A stretch of DNA of 64,000 nucleotides from NCBI GenBank assembly GCA_028345065.1, contig JAOMCN010000006.1:9941-73940 (forward strand), written 5' to 3'. The notes under the pieces were generated by a model. That model had not been told where the DNA came from and did not search any database. It saw only the letters and a list, made by a program, of their open reading frames with translations. A program made the translations under genes and the position numbers. The DNA comes from Rhodospirillales bacterium (GTDB lineage Bacteria > Pseudomonadota > Alphaproteobacteria > Rhodospirillales > UBA2165). How positions within the stretch are numbered: the stretch's first letter is position 1; every line of letters begins with the position of its first letter. Shown one piece after another: positions 47,029 through 57,533 of this stretch.

Positions 47029-48021
47029 ATGCTTGGTGGATTTTTGGCCCTACTAGCAGCGGCCACCTTTGGTCTCAATGCCGTCGCCACTCGCCGGGGG
47101 GTGCTGACGGGCACCGTAGCTCAAGGGCTAGCAATCACAGTTCCAATTGCCGTTCCTATTTTTTTTGTAGTTGGTTTAACGACAGATAGTTTAGGTATCC
47201 TAAGTGAATTACCTGTTAAATCGCTCTTACTTCTAGGCATAGCTGGGGTAACCCATTTTATTGTTGGCCGCTATGCCAATTATCGTGCAACCAAGGCCAT
47301 GGGGGCCAATTTGGTTGGGCCTGTGGTCTCGTCTAGCTTGGTCCTCACACTTATCCTCGCAATTATATTTCTTGATGAAGTTATGACACCATTACGCGTT
47401 GTGGGTATAGTTCTCATCGCTCTCGGCCCCACCTTAATGCTTCGTTCACCGGCAATTGCAAAAAAAACACAACAAAGCGTAAGCAAAATTGCTTTCACAC
47501 CGAGGTTGATCGAAGGGTATGCATTTGGAATTATTTGTGCGATTGCGTTTGGCACCACCCCCATCTTCATACGATCCGCTTTTCTTGAATTAGGAGAGGC
47601 AACTGTAGGCCACGGGATAGTTGGAGGACTGCTATCCTATGTCGTTGCCACCGCATTCCTAGGACTTTATCTTTTGAAACCTGGTAATTTACGGCACGCG
47701 TTGTCGATTGATAGAAACGCCAGCAAATGGTTCTTACTAACCGGATTATTTGTATGTGTTTCTCAAATGTTGCGTTTTATGGCGCTGGCGATCGCGCCAG
47801 TATCAGTAGTCGCCCCCATAATCCAAACATCGGGTATTTTTCGCACCATCTTTGGCTGGTTCATTAACCGGAAGCATGAGGTGTTTGACGCCTGGGTTCT
47901 TCTTGGAGTTGCCGTGACCATCGTGGGCACTACGACCTTGACCATTAGCACGGAAATAGTGATTACAGTTATTGATCCACCACAATATATTTCTGAGTTT
48001 CTGAGATGGCATTGGCCCTAG
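47029..48021 (+). CDS. DMT superfamily (EamA-like) membrane transporter
   Basis: 330 aa polytopic membrane protein; GIAGVTHFIVGRYANYRATK and LIFLDEVMTP resemble EamA motifs. Confidence 0.6.
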   Translation: MLGGFLALLAAATFGLNAVATRRGVLTGTVAQGLAITVPIAVPIFFVVGLTTDSLGILSELPVKSLLLLGIAGVTHFIVGRYANYRATKAMGANLVGPVVSSSLVLTLILAIIFLDEVMTPLRVVGIVLIALGPTLMLRSPAIAKKTQQSVSKIAFTPRLIEGYAFGIICAIAFGTTPIFIRSAFLELGEATVGHGIVGGLLSYVVATAFLGLYLLKPGNLRHALSIDRNASKWFLLTGLFVCVSQMLRFMALAIAPVSVVAPIIQTSGIFRTIFGWFINRKHEVFDAWVLLGVAVTIVGTTTLTISTEIVITVIDPPQYISEFLRWHWP

Positions 48022-48064
48022 CCATTCCTCCTGTCCCTAAAGTGGTGACATTCAAGTCAAGGAC

Positions 48065-49519
48065 CTAGCCCTTCAACTTCTCGAGTAAAAGCTCATTGAC
48101 CATCTGTGGATTGGCTTTCCCTTGTGTTTTTTTCATTACCTGGCCAACAAACCATCCAACTACTTTTTGGTTTCCCTCTCTAAATTTTTTCACCTGATCG
48201 GCGTTGTCAGCAATAACATTATTGACGGCAATTTCGATCTCACCTGCATCAGTAATCTGCTTGAGACCCTTCTCTTCTACAATCACGCCGGGATCCTTAC
48301 CCTTTGCAACCATCTCCTCAAATACATCTTTGGCAATACGACTGGAAATTACGTTATTCGAAATCAAATCCACTAGATTTCCGAGTTTATCGGCAACAAT
48401 TGGACTATCTGAGATACCCTTTCCAACCTTGTTCAAGACCCCGAACAACTCATGAATAACCCAATTGGCGGCGAGTTTGGCATCGCGTCCCAACGCGACT
48501 TCTTCAAAATAGTTAGCGGTTTCTTGTTCCGCCACAAGGATCCCGGCGTCAGATTCCGTTACACCATACTCACTAATAAACCTTACCTTTTTGGCATCTG
48601 GTAGTTCCGGAAGATTTTTCTCAATTTCTTCAACATATTCTGGAGTTAGATCAATCGGGAGGAGATCCGGATCCGGAAAATAGCGATAGTCATGGGCATC
48701 CTCTTTGGATCGCATTGATCGGGTCTCGCCACGATCAGAATCATAAAGCCTAGTTTCCTGCACCACACTGCCCCCAGTTTCATAAACGTCCACCTGGCGT
48801 TCGGCCTCATATTCGATTGCCTGCATTACAAATCGTATGGAGTTTATGTTTTTAATTTCTGCGCGGGTGCGAAGCTCATCGGAGTCTGAAGGACGAACGC
48901 TCACGTTGGCGTCACACCGGAGTGATCCCTGCTCCATATTACCGTCACACGTGCCCAGATACTGAACGATCGCCCGTAGTTTGCGTAAGTAGGCACCAGC
49001 TTCCTCCGGACTTCTTAAATCAGGTTTAGAAACTATCTCCATCAACGCCACTCCGGACCGGTTCAAATCTATAAATGTTCTATTCGGGTCCTGGTCGTGT
49101 ATGGATTTGCCCGCGTCCTGTTCCATATGTAAACGCTCAACCCCTATTTCACGGGTGCCATCAGGCATGTCTAACCTCACCGTACCTTCCCCTACGATGG
49201 GGTGAAGATATTGAGATATCTGATACCCCTGTGGTAGGTCAGGATAAAAATAGTTTTTTCGTTCAAAAACAGAATGGAGGTTGATTTTTGCATCAAGTCC
49301 GAGACCCGTACGTACTGCCTGTTGGATGCAAAATTCGTTTATCACTGGCAACATACCCGGCATTCCCGCATCTACCAGAGAAACTTGACTATTTGGCTCA
49401 GCACCAAAGGAGGTCGCCGCGCCAGAGAAGAGCTTCGCGTCAGAGATAATCTGGGCATGAACCTCAAGACCAATCACCACTTCCCAATCATTGGTTCTGC
49501 CTTGGATCAAGTAAGTCAT
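48065..49519 (-). CDS. gatB: Asp-tRNA(Asn)/Glu-tRNA(Gln) amidotransferase subunit B
   Basis: [13 protein letters not shown]...KLFSGA...[17 protein letters not shown]...DANVSVR. Confidence 0.93.
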   Translation of the reverse strand: MTYLIQGRTNDWEVVIGLEVHAQIISDAKLFSGAATSFGAEPNSQVSLVDAGMPGMLPVINEFCIQQAVRTGLGLDAKINLHSVFERKNYFYPDLPQGYQISQYLHPIVGEGTVRLDMPDGTREIGVERLHMEQDAGKSIHDQDPNRTFIDLNRSGVALMEIVSKPDLRSPEEAGAYLRKLRAIVQYLGTCDGNMEQGSLRCDANVSVRPSDSDELRTRAEIKNINSIRFVMQAIEYEAERQVDVYETGGSVVQETRLYDSDRGETRSMRSKEDAHDYRYFPDPDLLPIDLTPEYVEEIEKNLPELPDAKKVRFISEYGVTESDAGILVAEQETANYFEEVALGRDAKLAANWVIHELFGVLNKVGKGISDSPIVADKLGNLVDLISNNVISSRIAKDVFEEMVAKGKDPGVIVEEKGLKQITDAGEIEIAVNNVIADNADQVKKFREGNQKVVGWFVGQVMKKTQGKANPQMVNELLLEKLKG

Positions 49520-51000
49520 CGAGCATCCTTGCTCAGATAGGAAGGTTTAGTGTGAAAACTGACCAACTTTTCTAGTACATCCGCTACACAAAATAGCGTT
49601 TCTTCATCAAACGGCTTAGTGATGAGGTGAAGACCTAAAGGCAATCCCTCATTAGAAAGGCCCGCCGGCACGGTAATAGCGGGTAACCCCGCAAGGCTGG
49701 ATGGCACCGTAAACACATCATTGATATACATTTGTACGGGATCATCCATTTTTTCACCAATCGCAAAGGCCGCAAATGGTGTCGTCGGTGTCAGTATTGC
49801 ATCGACTTTTTTAAAGGCATCACTAAAATCCTTGAGTATAAGGGTTCGTAGTTTCTGCGCCTTAACGTAATATGCATCATAATAACCCGCACTCAGTACG
49901 TAGGCACCTATCATAATTCGACGACGCACTTCCTGTCCGAACCCTTCACCTCGCGTGGTCTCATACATTTCATCTAATGTCTCAGCATCAACCCTCAGGC
50001 CGTAGCGCACCCCGTCATAACGAGCAAGATTGGAAGATGCCTCCGCCGGCGCCACAATATAATAGGTTGGTAAGGCATATTTGGTGTGAGGCAGTGATAC
50101 TTCCAAAGGTTCAGCACCCGCGTCCTTTAGCATCTCCACTCCCTGAGACCAAAGCCCTTCTATCTCACTAGACATGCCATCGATCCTGTATTCAGAAGGT
50201 ATGCCTATCTTTAGACCTTTAATTTCACCAGTGATAGATGCCTCAAAATTCGGGACGGGCTCTGTACTGGACGTCGAATCCTTAGAATCATGGCCGGCCA
50301 TGGCCTGCAACATTATGGCGGCATCTCGAACTGTACGTGTCAGAGGACCTGCCTGGTCTAGACTTGATGCGAAAGCCACCATACCCCAACGAGAGCAACG
50401 TCCATAAGTAGGCTTCATTCCAACGACACCGCAGAATGAGGCTGGTTGTCGGATAGATCCACCTGTATCCGAGCCAGCAGCGCCGAGGGAAATATTAGCG
50501 GCAACGGCCGCTGCAGAGCCGCCCGACGAACCTCCCGGCACGCGATCCTTTCCATCGTTTACATACCAAGGATTTTTGACGGCACCGTAGAAGCTAGTAA
50601 CATTGGCAGATCCCATAGCAAACTCATCCATATTGGTCTTGCCGAGCATAACAGAACCTGCATCCCGCAAATTCTGAGAGACAGTCGACTCATATGGCGG
50701 GATAAAGCCGTCGAGAATATGTGATGAAGCCGTCGTTAACACACCTTCCGTGCAAAAAAGATCTTTGACTGCAATTGGAATGCCATCCATTCCTCCGGCA
50801 GGCTTGCCTTTCGCTCGACGTTCATCGGAAGCCTTTGCTCGTTCGATGGCTAAATCTAGGGTTTCAGTAACAAAGGCATTCAAGTCACGAGCAGCCTCCA
50901 CCGCTTTGATATGGACATCAGTAAGTTCCACAGACGAAAATTTTCCGTCACCCAATCCATCCCGAGCTTCCGCAATTGTAAGGTCGGTCAATTTACTCAT
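49516..51000 (-). CDS. gatA: Asp-tRNA(Asn)/Glu-tRNA(Gln) amidotransferase subunit A
   Basis: Amidase signature [13 protein letters not shown]...[16 protein letters not shown]. It overlaps gatB by 4 nt. Confidence 0.93.
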   Translation of the reverse strand: MSKLTDLTIAEARDGLGDGKFSSVELTDVHIKAVEAARDLNAFVTETLDLAIERAKASDERRAKGKPAGGMDGIPIAVKDLFCTEGVLTTASSHILDGFIPPYESTVSQNLRDAGSVMLGKTNMDEFAMGSANVTSFYGAVKNPWYVNDGKDRVPGGSSGGSAAAVAANISLGAAGSDTGGSIRQPASFCGVVGMKPTYGRCSRWGMVAFASSLDQAGPLTRTVRDAAIMLQAMAGHDSKDSTSSTEPVPNFEASITGEIKGLKIGIPSEYRIDGMSSEIEGLWSQGVEMLKDAGAEPLEVSLPHTKYALPTYYIVAPAEASSNLARYDGVRYGLRVDAETLDEMYETTRGEGFGQEVRRRIMIGAYVLSAGYYDAYYVKAQKLRTLILKDFSDAFKKVDAILTPTTPFAAFAIGEKMDDPVQMYINDVFTVPSSLAGLPAITVPAGLSNEGLPLGLHLITKPFDEETLFCVADVLEKLVSFHTKPSYLSKDAR

Positions 51001-51287
51001 TATTCAACAACCTTCGGAACAGTGTAGAACGGCCCTTCCGGGTCCGGCGCATTAGAAAGCACGCGATCCGGATAATTGCCATCGGTGACCTTATCCGCTC
51101 GCTTGGGCATAACCATTTCAGCCATACTTGTCATGGGGGTTACATTTTCTGTGTCCACCTCATTCAATTGCTCTATCCATTCTATAATTTTAGAAAGTTC
51201 TTCAGCCAAAGTTGGCACTTCATTTTCAGGCACTTTAATTCGTGCCAACTTTGCAATTTTTCTGACTGTTGCTTCGTCTAAGACCAT
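51000..51287 (-). CDS. gatC: Asp-tRNA(Asn)/Glu-tRNA(Gln) amidotransferase subunit C
   Basis: [24 protein letters not shown]...[16 protein letters not shown]. The ATG at 51287 gives the usual length of about 95 aa; the track ORF is over-extended. Confidence 0.85.
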   Translation of the reverse strand: MVLDEATVRKIAKLARIKVPENEVPTLAEELSKIIEWIEQLNEVDTENVTPMTSMAEMVMPKRADKVTDGNYPDRVLSNAPDPEGPFYTVPKVVE

Positions 51288-51507
51288 TTCTGATAACTTT
51301 TCAAAATTTTTTCTGGGTTGTTCATTTGGTATCCCTGCCGCGCAAACTAATAGAAAATCATTAAGCCTGAAAGAGGTCAAATCATAAATTGGCTGATTAT
51401 GTTGACTTGAATTTTTGAGACTGAAGAGTCTACGCACTGGCCGTAAAATCGCTATAATATATTAGGTTTGTCACTCATTTTTCATGTATTTTGGCGGAGA
51501 ATTTTTC

Positions 51508-52092
51508 ATGAAGAACCCCTCTACCTCTATATCCATTCCCATACCTGCGCTAAGCGAAATCGTTTTAAAGACTGGCAACTTCGATCATCTTAAGAACTGG
51601 TATGTTAAAGCCCTTGCCATTGAACCTTTCTTCAACCGCCCTCGTCCCGAGGAAGTGTCGTGGACAGGAGCTCAACAAATTGCATTTTTTAAACTTGCCG
51701 GTGTTTACCCTCACCAACAGGTACTAGGTATCTTTGAGATCGACGGCACTTCGAATGCACCTCACACCGATCCAGGACTCCACCATCTTCAGTTGGGACA
51801 TGGGAGCTTCGATGAACTTTTTGACCGGTACGACGGACTAAAACAGGCAAACATTTTACCCTCCGAAACTTGAAACCATGGAGTTAGCACTAGCTTCTAT
51901 TACCATGACTCGGATGGAAATCTGGCGGAGATGAATTGTGTGAACTTTGCTACCGAAGCGGAATTCTTTGGCTATTTCGAAACTGACGCCTACAAAAGTA
52001 ATGTCTCGGGTATCTCAATCGATGCGGAAGAGTACATCTCACGTTACCGAAGCGGAACACCCCGCGAGGATTTGGTGAAGATTCCAGCATAG
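51508..52092 (+). pseudogene. VOC-family (glyoxalase / extradiol dioxygenase III-like) gene interrupted by a single in-frame TGA at 51871-51873
   Basis: The track ORF ends ...ANILPSET-TGA. The same frame then stays open for 72 more codons: NHGVSTSFYYHDSDGNLAEMNCVNF...EDLVKIPA-TAG at 52090-52092. This carries the HG..S.Y..D.DGN..E C-terminal VOC motif. The combined length of about 194 aa equals that of the paralogue at 35234-35821. Confidence 0.6.
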
Positions 52093-52239
52093 GAACGTCT
52101 TATCTAGAACCTCGCAAGATCATCACCAACAAATTAAACCATGTGATTTTTAAAACTTACACAATTGCCAGACGGATTGTTGTGTTTTTTCACCGTCACA
52201 ATCATTTTGCTGCAATAAACACTATTTGAGTTCATGGAT

Positions 52240-52566
52240 TTAGTCTTCAAATTTTGCGGTAAAACCTACGTCAGTACCTTCGTAATTTCCGTGCTGGTCG
52301 ATAGGCTTTTTCTTCCTACTTACGGTCTTTTTCTTTTTTGAGGTCTTTTTCTTTGAATTCGAATTTTGTATTGAAGTGGAGGTGAAACCAACATCAGTTC
52401 CTTCATAATTGCCATGTTTATCGATCGGTTTCTGTTGGGCATAAATTCTCTTAGACCTAACCTGGGGTTTCTTAGAATTTGATTTCGCAACTTTAGGCCG
52501 GGGTTCCTTCTTCAAAACCCTGTTGGCATATGCATCAGCATAAATTCTGTTGATATTATCACTCAT
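52240..52566 (-). CDS. Lys-rich 108-aa protein with two copies of a KPID(K/Q)HGNYEGTDVGFT motif; function unknown
   Basis: ORF in the track. The internal repeat differs almost only at synonymous sites, which supports real coding. No family recognised. Confidence 0.55.
   Translation of the reverse strand: MSDNINRIYADAYANRVLKKEPRPKVAKSNSKKPQVRSKRIYAQQKPIDKHGNYEGTDVGFTSTSIQNSNSKKKTSKKKKTVSRKKKPIDQHGNYEGTDVGFTAKFED
52258..52431 (-). repeat. Two 51-nt intragenic direct repeats (52258-52308 and 52381-52431)
   Basis: Codon-by-codon comparison across 17 codons: 10 synonymous differences and 1 replacement (Q/K). Confidence 0.85.
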
Positions 52567-52653
52567 AAATAAGAACTCTCCCTAATTTGCAGCCTAACAA
52601 TGTATAACTTGAAAACAGTATCAACTCAAAAGGCCAGTATTTATAACACCTAT

Positions 52654-53151
52654 TCAAATTTTGGGAGGGATAGAAATCTTGCTACCCAATTGTTTGGGTC
52701 TGGGAAGAGCCTGGTGGCTTACCAATATCCGGTGCAGTGGGTCTAATGCTGCGGTAGCAGCTTCCACAACCTTTCTCTCTTTTAAGTCGACATGTAGGGC
52801 TAACAGTTCATTTGTCGCAACTAAAATACGCCCTGTTACCCGGTACATCCGGTGAAAGTAGTGCATTCTTTTTTTATCAAATCCAATTAATTGAGTAGTG
52901 CAGTATACCTCCGTACCTGCAAATACTTCGGATACATAACACACGTGTGACTCCGCAGTGAACCAGGAATGATTTGTGATATTTTTATATGTTTCGCCTA
53001 AACCTACAGCGTCGTAAAGCCCATCAGTCGCCAAATCGAAAATAACAACATAATAAGCAAGATTTAGGTGTCCATTGTAATCACACCACTCCTCTTTCAC
53101 ATTGCCCCGCCACGTATTGGTTAGAGTATTTTCTTTAAACTCTTCGGACAT
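52654..53151 (-). CDS. Hotdog-fold thioesterase family protein (4HBT_2-like)
   Basis: VKEEWCDYNGHLNLAYYVVIFDLATD... Confidence 0.6.
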   Translation of the reverse strand: MSEEFKENTLTNTWRGNVKEEWCDYNGHLNLAYYVVIFDLATDGLYDAVGLGETYKNITNHSWFTAESHVCYVSEVFAGTEVYCTTQLIGFDKKRMHYFHRMYRVTGRILVATNELLALHVDLKERKVVEAATAALDPLHRILVSHQALPRPKQLGSKISIPPKI

Positions 53152-53368
53152 ATGCGTCAGATCAAATGAAATATTCTATGCATTGGCTTTTGTATGACAT
53201 CTATTAATCTCAAGATAAACGCAATAAAGTGGCTCGCCAAATTAAACAACTATGGCAACAACGTATGTCAATGTATGTTTGCCTATATAGAAAATATTTT
53301 AATATCTAACGGACCTATTATAACTGGAATAGCGTACGGTAAAATTACCTAATGACTGGAACAAACGA

Positions 53369-54235
53369 ATGATAGTTATTATTGGTGCCTCGGGTGCAGT
53401 GGGCATACCTCTAATCAAAGAACTGACACGCCGTGATACCCGTTTAAGGATCTTAACCTCAAACTCCGCCTCGGCAAAAAATTTAAACTCCCTTGGCGTG
53501 ATTGAAACGATTATCGGGGATTTTCATTCCGATGAAGACGTCAAAAATGTCATAAAGGGAGCAAGCTCAATCTGTTATATTCCGGCTCGATTTAGAGAAG
53601 ACGAGTTTGAAATAGGAAAGCGCATTGTAGATTTGGCGCGCAATGAACAGGTTGAGCATTTTTGCTTTTGCTCAGCCTACCATCCTCAGATGGAGCAACT
53701 GGGCCACCATTGGCAAAAACTAAAGTTAGAAGAGCACCTTATTAACTCTGATCTTATGTATACAGTAGTACAACCTTCAATGTTCATGCAGAACTTGCGC
53801 GTGGAATGGACACGGATAATTGAAGAAGGAACCTACCCCCGGCCCTATTCGCCAGAAAGTCAAATGAACGTCATTGATACCGATGATCTCGGTGAAGCCA
53901 TGGCCAATATATTGCTAGACAATCGGTTCTGGGGGGGAACATATGAATTATGTGGTTCTGAAACGCTGAGCCACAACCAGATGGCTGGTATTATCAGCGA
54001 AGAACTTGGGGAAAAAGTGGAAGCAGTTCAACGTGACATTGAGGATTGGAAGTCGTGGGCGATCGAAAAAGAATGGACAGATTACGCTATACGTAACTAT
54101 GTAAACATGTGTCGTCATTACAATGACCACGGCTTTAAATATGGTAATGACTTAATTCTCGAAACAATTCTTGGTCGACCAGCAACCAAATACCGGTCAT
54201 TTATTAAAAAGTTTATTGAAAGCCAGAATACCTAG
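53369..54235 (+). CDS. NmrA-like NAD(P)-binding (atypical SDR) protein
   Basis: MIVIIGASGAVGIPLIKEL...VQPSMFMQN... Confidence 0.75.
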   Translation: MIVIIGASGAVGIPLIKELTRRDTRLRILTSNSASAKNLNSLGVIETIIGDFHSDEDVKNVIKGASSICYIPARFREDEFEIGKRIVDLARNEQVEHFCFCSAYHPQMEQLGHHWQKLKLEEHLINSDLMYTVVQPSMFMQNLRVEWTRIIEEGTYPRPYSPESQMNVIDTDDLGEAMANILLDNRFWGGTYELCGSETLSHNQMAGIISEELGEKVEAVQRDIEDWKSWAIEKEWTDYAIRNYVNMCRHYNDHGFKYGNDLILETILGRPATKYRSFIKKFIESQNT

Positions 54236-54405
54236 GCCGCCTCGCCTCATTATTGAATATCCAGTTTTCAGTATTTATCAGAGTAAGAACGTCACCAGGC
54301 GGTCCAGCACACAACATCTTTTAGTGCAGTTGGTTTCACCGGCACTGTTCCGTCAGCGCCAATATGATTTATTAAGATGCCGAATCTACTTACTTATCAA
54401 CAGAC

Positions 54406-55749
54406 TCAAACATCGTTGATTGTCGCCGACGCGAAGGTTCTAGTTTCTACAGTCGTGGCAGCTAGAGGGCGGCGCAGCGTACCTGGCACAATTCCCGCCT
54501 TGAGAGAACTCATCACGCCAACCGCTTCCCAGTAGTTTTCTACAACGTGCAACTGTCCTTTCGCCCAGGGAAGAGCCTCAAGGTCATTTTGCATAAGGTT
54601 ATCATTCTCACGCACTGCAATGACAGGTATACCCTGTTCAAGAGCCGCCAACGTGGGTAGCCCAACACACTTATCGGGAATAACTAAACAAGAAATATCA
54701 GAAGCCGTAAAAATTCCAGCCTCGCCCAAAGCCTCGGGGTGGCTGACTATGCGTGGGCTACGATGTAGACCTTTCAACATACACTGCAGGAAGGTAAAGG
54801 ATACAGCCTCAGCCGCTAACCGCGGCTCAACCAATCCCAAATCAAAATCTGCCACTGCCTGACTTTCAAGCATTGGTGAGTGTGCTGTTGGCAGACCATA
54901 AAGCAGCGATAACGAGTGGGTTAACATTGCTTCGACACCGCCCCACGGGTTCACCATTTTGCCATCGCGGCGAAAATACTCTTTATGGTATTCATCGGGG
55001 ACGTCAACAACAGATGCGATGGCTACAGCATCAAACGCACCATCATGCTCATCCAACACCGTGCAGACGCGATATAAACCCTCGACCTCCCCCGCTGCCC
55101 TGCCGGAGTCCGTGAAACACGAGGTCATGCGAAGCGGTGGGTCGAGCTTCACAACCTTAACGCAATCAAATCCATAGGTCGCGCGAGCAGCACTTACTGC
55201 ATTGACCGTATCATTAACAAACACTTCAGTTTCATGTGCATCTATGAGTACTAGTACTCTATTTGCCCGGACGCGTTGCAACCCAGCCGTCCCCATTAAT
55301 AATTGGGTAATTGAACTACCCTCAACATAAAGAGCATTCTCTGGCATTTCATTGAGATCAGAGGCGTTTACGACGTTCGGATGGGTAACCAACGTATCAC
55401 AAGCTGTTGCAATCACCCTTGCCGCCGGCGTCGCATCGCCGGCATGGCCTCCAATCTCAGCACCAATTCCCGTCGGCACCAAAAAGACAGCATTAAACGC
55501 ATCCGTCCTTTCTACCTTGCGGGGCACAAAGCTAAAAATGGAATTAAGCCCTCTTGTCTTTGCGATTTCCATGCCTTCGAGCGTGCCTAGTTCGCAATTA
55601 TACTCAACACCAGTTACACCGGTAATCACGAAACGTATTGGAAGCACCGTATCACCGAGCGTTACTTCTACTGTCTTTTTGATATGAGAAATCAGGCTGT
55701 GATGACTTGGCGCGACAGGTATCCTTACTTGCCTCTCGATCAGCTTCAC
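54406..55749 (-). CDS. Conserved protein of unknown function, DUF3326-like
   Basis: FLVPTGIGAEIGGHAGDATPAARVIA and MVNPWGGVEAML match what I recall of DUF3326. I prefer the GTG at 55749 (GAGGGG lies 7 nt upstream), 8 nt after the stop of the AdoMetDC-like gene. The ATG at 55890 would overlap that gene by 131 nt. Confidence 0.45.
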   Translation of the reverse strand: MKLIERQVRIPVAPSHHSLISHIKKTVEVTLGDTVLPIRFVITGVTGVEYNCELGTLEGMEIAKTRGLNSIFSFVPRKVERTDAFNAVFLVPTGIGAEIGGHAGDATPAARVIATACDTLVTHPNVVNASDLNEMPENALYVEGSSITQLLMGTAGLQRVRANRVLVLIDAHETEVFVNDTVNAVSAARATYGFDCVKVVKLDPPLRMTSCFTDSGRAAGEVEGLYRVCTVLDEHDGAFDAVAIASVVDVPDEYHKEYFRRDGKMVNPWGGVEAMLTHSLSLLYGLPTAHSPMLESQAVADFDLGLVEPRLAAEAVSFTFLQCMLKGLHRSPRIVSHPEALGEAGIFTASDISCLVIPDKCVGLPTLAALEQGIPVIAVRENDNLMQNDLEALPWAKGQLHVVENYWEAVGVMSSLKAGIVPGTLRRPLAATTVETRTFASATINDV

Positions 55750-55759
55750 TTGCGTCCCC

Positions 55760-56134
55760 TCAAATTCGTTCAATAAACCTGGCAGAGCAGTCGGTGGCAC
55801 CGAACCAATCGACCGTAAACTTTTCTGCGATATTGGGGTCAAAATCCTTGCAAGAAAATATATTAATGTAAATGGCTCCCATCTGGTCAAGCGTATGAAT
55901 TACGATAGAACTCGTCAAAATAAACTGAACGGCTGAAGTACCCTGAGTATGGGCAGACGTTTGTCTTTCTTTCACAGGAACATCAAAATCGTCCCAAAAG
56001 TGTAACGCCTCACGTTTCATATCGATGAGTTTGCAGAGGCTTTCAAAATACCTACTAATACTTTTTCGCGTAAATGTACCAGGGTCGCAACCATGCAAAT
56101 CTAATATAAGTTCAGCCCCAAATTTTTCCATCAC
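55760..56134 (-). CDS. S-adenosylmethionine decarboxylase-like (pyruvoyl enzyme fold, PF02675-type) protein
   Basis: GAELILDLHGCD...GTSAVQFILTSSIVIHTLDQMGAIYINIFSCKDFDP parallels the short bacterial SpeD pattern [32 protein letters not shown]. Here Thr-Ser replaces the usual Glu-Ser processing site. RBS GGAGAGG. Confidence 0.7.
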   Translation of the reverse strand: MMEKFGAELILDLHGCDPGTFTRKSISRYFESLCKLIDMKREALHFWDDFDVPVKERQTSAHTQGTSAVQFILTSSIVIHTLDQMGAIYINIFSCKDFDPNIAEKFTVDWFGATDCSARFIERI

Positions 56135-56344
56135 CTCTCCAACTCTTCTGTAGGGCCATCACTTTGAACCGATCCAATAAAGGCTTTGGTGTAGTCTATG
56201 TTTCAACCACTTTAAGGTGATGCCAAACCCAAGTGGACTGGCACAATCAACACTTGTCTGTGACATATGTTGAGTTTTGGGATATTCGCCAACTATAATA
56301 TTTAGCGAATTTTCACTCGAGAATCGCATCCGCTTTTCTTTGAG

Positions 56345-57505
56345 TCAATCCAGGATAACGTGTGGAATAAAGTTGGCATCCCTGCTCGTGACTAAATTCT
56401 GATCCTCCCTAATACACATTCCCACTGCTTGACTCGCTACCAACCAACACCCTACTAGAGGATAGTTTCCCGAAAATTCCGGTAGCGGATGATATGCTTG
56501 CAAAATGTGGTCGCCGTCGCCGTAAGGCCCTTCACTGCGAGTTTGTGTTTTACCTTCTTGGATTATTTGAACGTTGGCCCCTTGTCGTGACAGTAACGGC
56601 TTACGGACAAAGGAACCAGCCAGCTCCGACGCTCGCCGATCACCGTCAAAATACGCTGGCAATAAATTTGGATGTCCAGGAAACATCTCCCAGAGAAATG
56701 CCATTAGCCCCTTGTTAGAGAGTACAGCCTTCCATGGCGGCTCAAGAAACCTGGTGCCACTCGCTGGTACGCGGCGCCCAAATTCTTCTTCAAACATCCA
56801 TTCCCAAGGATACAACTTAAAGAGTGTTTTGATCACCTGATCATCAAGGTCGGTAAAACAACCCCGATCATCTATGCCGATTTCTTGCATAGATAGGAAA
56901 CAAGTCGACAAGCCGGCTTCCCGGGCACATTCCTGAAGGTAATCAAGGGTCCCTTTATCATCCTCGATGTCTCCAACACATGCGAAGTGCAGAGACCCGT
57001 CAAAATCTATAAGTGAGAACGCCTTTACAATACTATCGTGGAGGTCATTAAATTGATCACATCCGTCAGGTATCAAGCCCTTCTCCATGGCTTGTTCCAA
57101 CCACTCCCATTGAAAAACGGATGATTCGTAAAGGGTCGTTGGCGTATCAGCATTATACTCCAGAAGTTTTGCGGGCCCTTCTCCGTCATAGGAGAGGTCC
57201 ATTCGTCCATAAATATTTTTTTCCCCGTTCCGCCAACTTTCGGCAATATAGTCCCAAAAACATTCCTCGATGCCAAGAGAACGGAAGACGGTTTCATCGT
57301 TCACGGCGCGTTCTATAAGTTCGAAGCACAGGTGTTCTAGTTCCTCCGCCGGCCCTTCAAGATCCTCTTCAATTTGTTTTAAGGTGAATTGGTAGTAAAT
57401 GCTCTCATCCCAAAAGGGGATGCCACCATTCGCGTGAAATTGAAAGTTGTGTTCCTTTGCCACTCGCTCCAAATCGGGCCGTTCAGTTGCGGGGATGCGC
57501 AGCAT
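56345..57505 (-). CDS. Glutathionylspermidine synthase-like ATP-grasp protein (YgiC/YjfC family)
   Basis: ERPDLERVAKEHNFQFH...WDESIYYQFTLKQIE...GRMDLSYDGEGPAKLLEYNADTPTTLYESSVFQWEWL parallels E. coli YgiC/YjfC. Confidence 0.85.
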   Translation of the reverse strand: MLRIPATERPDLERVAKEHNFQFHANGGIPFWDESIYYQFTLKQIEEDLEGPAEELEHLCFELIERAVNDETVFRSLGIEECFWDYIAESWRNGEKNIYGRMDLSYDGEGPAKLLEYNADTPTTLYESSVFQWEWLEQAMEKGLIPDGCDQFNDLHDSIVKAFSLIDFDGSLHFACVGDIEDDKGTLDYLQECAREAGLSTCFLSMQEIGIDDRGCFTDLDDQVIKTLFKLYPWEWMFEEEFGRRVPASGTRFLEPPWKAVLSNKGLMAFLWEMFPGHPNLLPAYFDGDRRASELAGSFVRKPLLSRQGANVQIIQEGKTQTRSEGPYGDGDHILQAYHPLPEFSGNYPLVGCWLVASQAVGMCIREDQNLVTSRDANFIPHVILD

Positions 57506-57533
57506 CTAAGGTATCAAGTCCCGCCGAATTACG

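Noticed and set aside
51871-51930. Selenocysteine decoding of the in-frame TGA in the VOC gene.
   Set aside because: Only weak pairing follows the TGA (CAUGG...CCAUG, 5 bp with a 17-nt loop), with no SECIS-like apical structure. No sel genes are in the window, and TGA serves as an ordinary stop in neighbouring genes. I kept it as a low-probability alternative in the finding.
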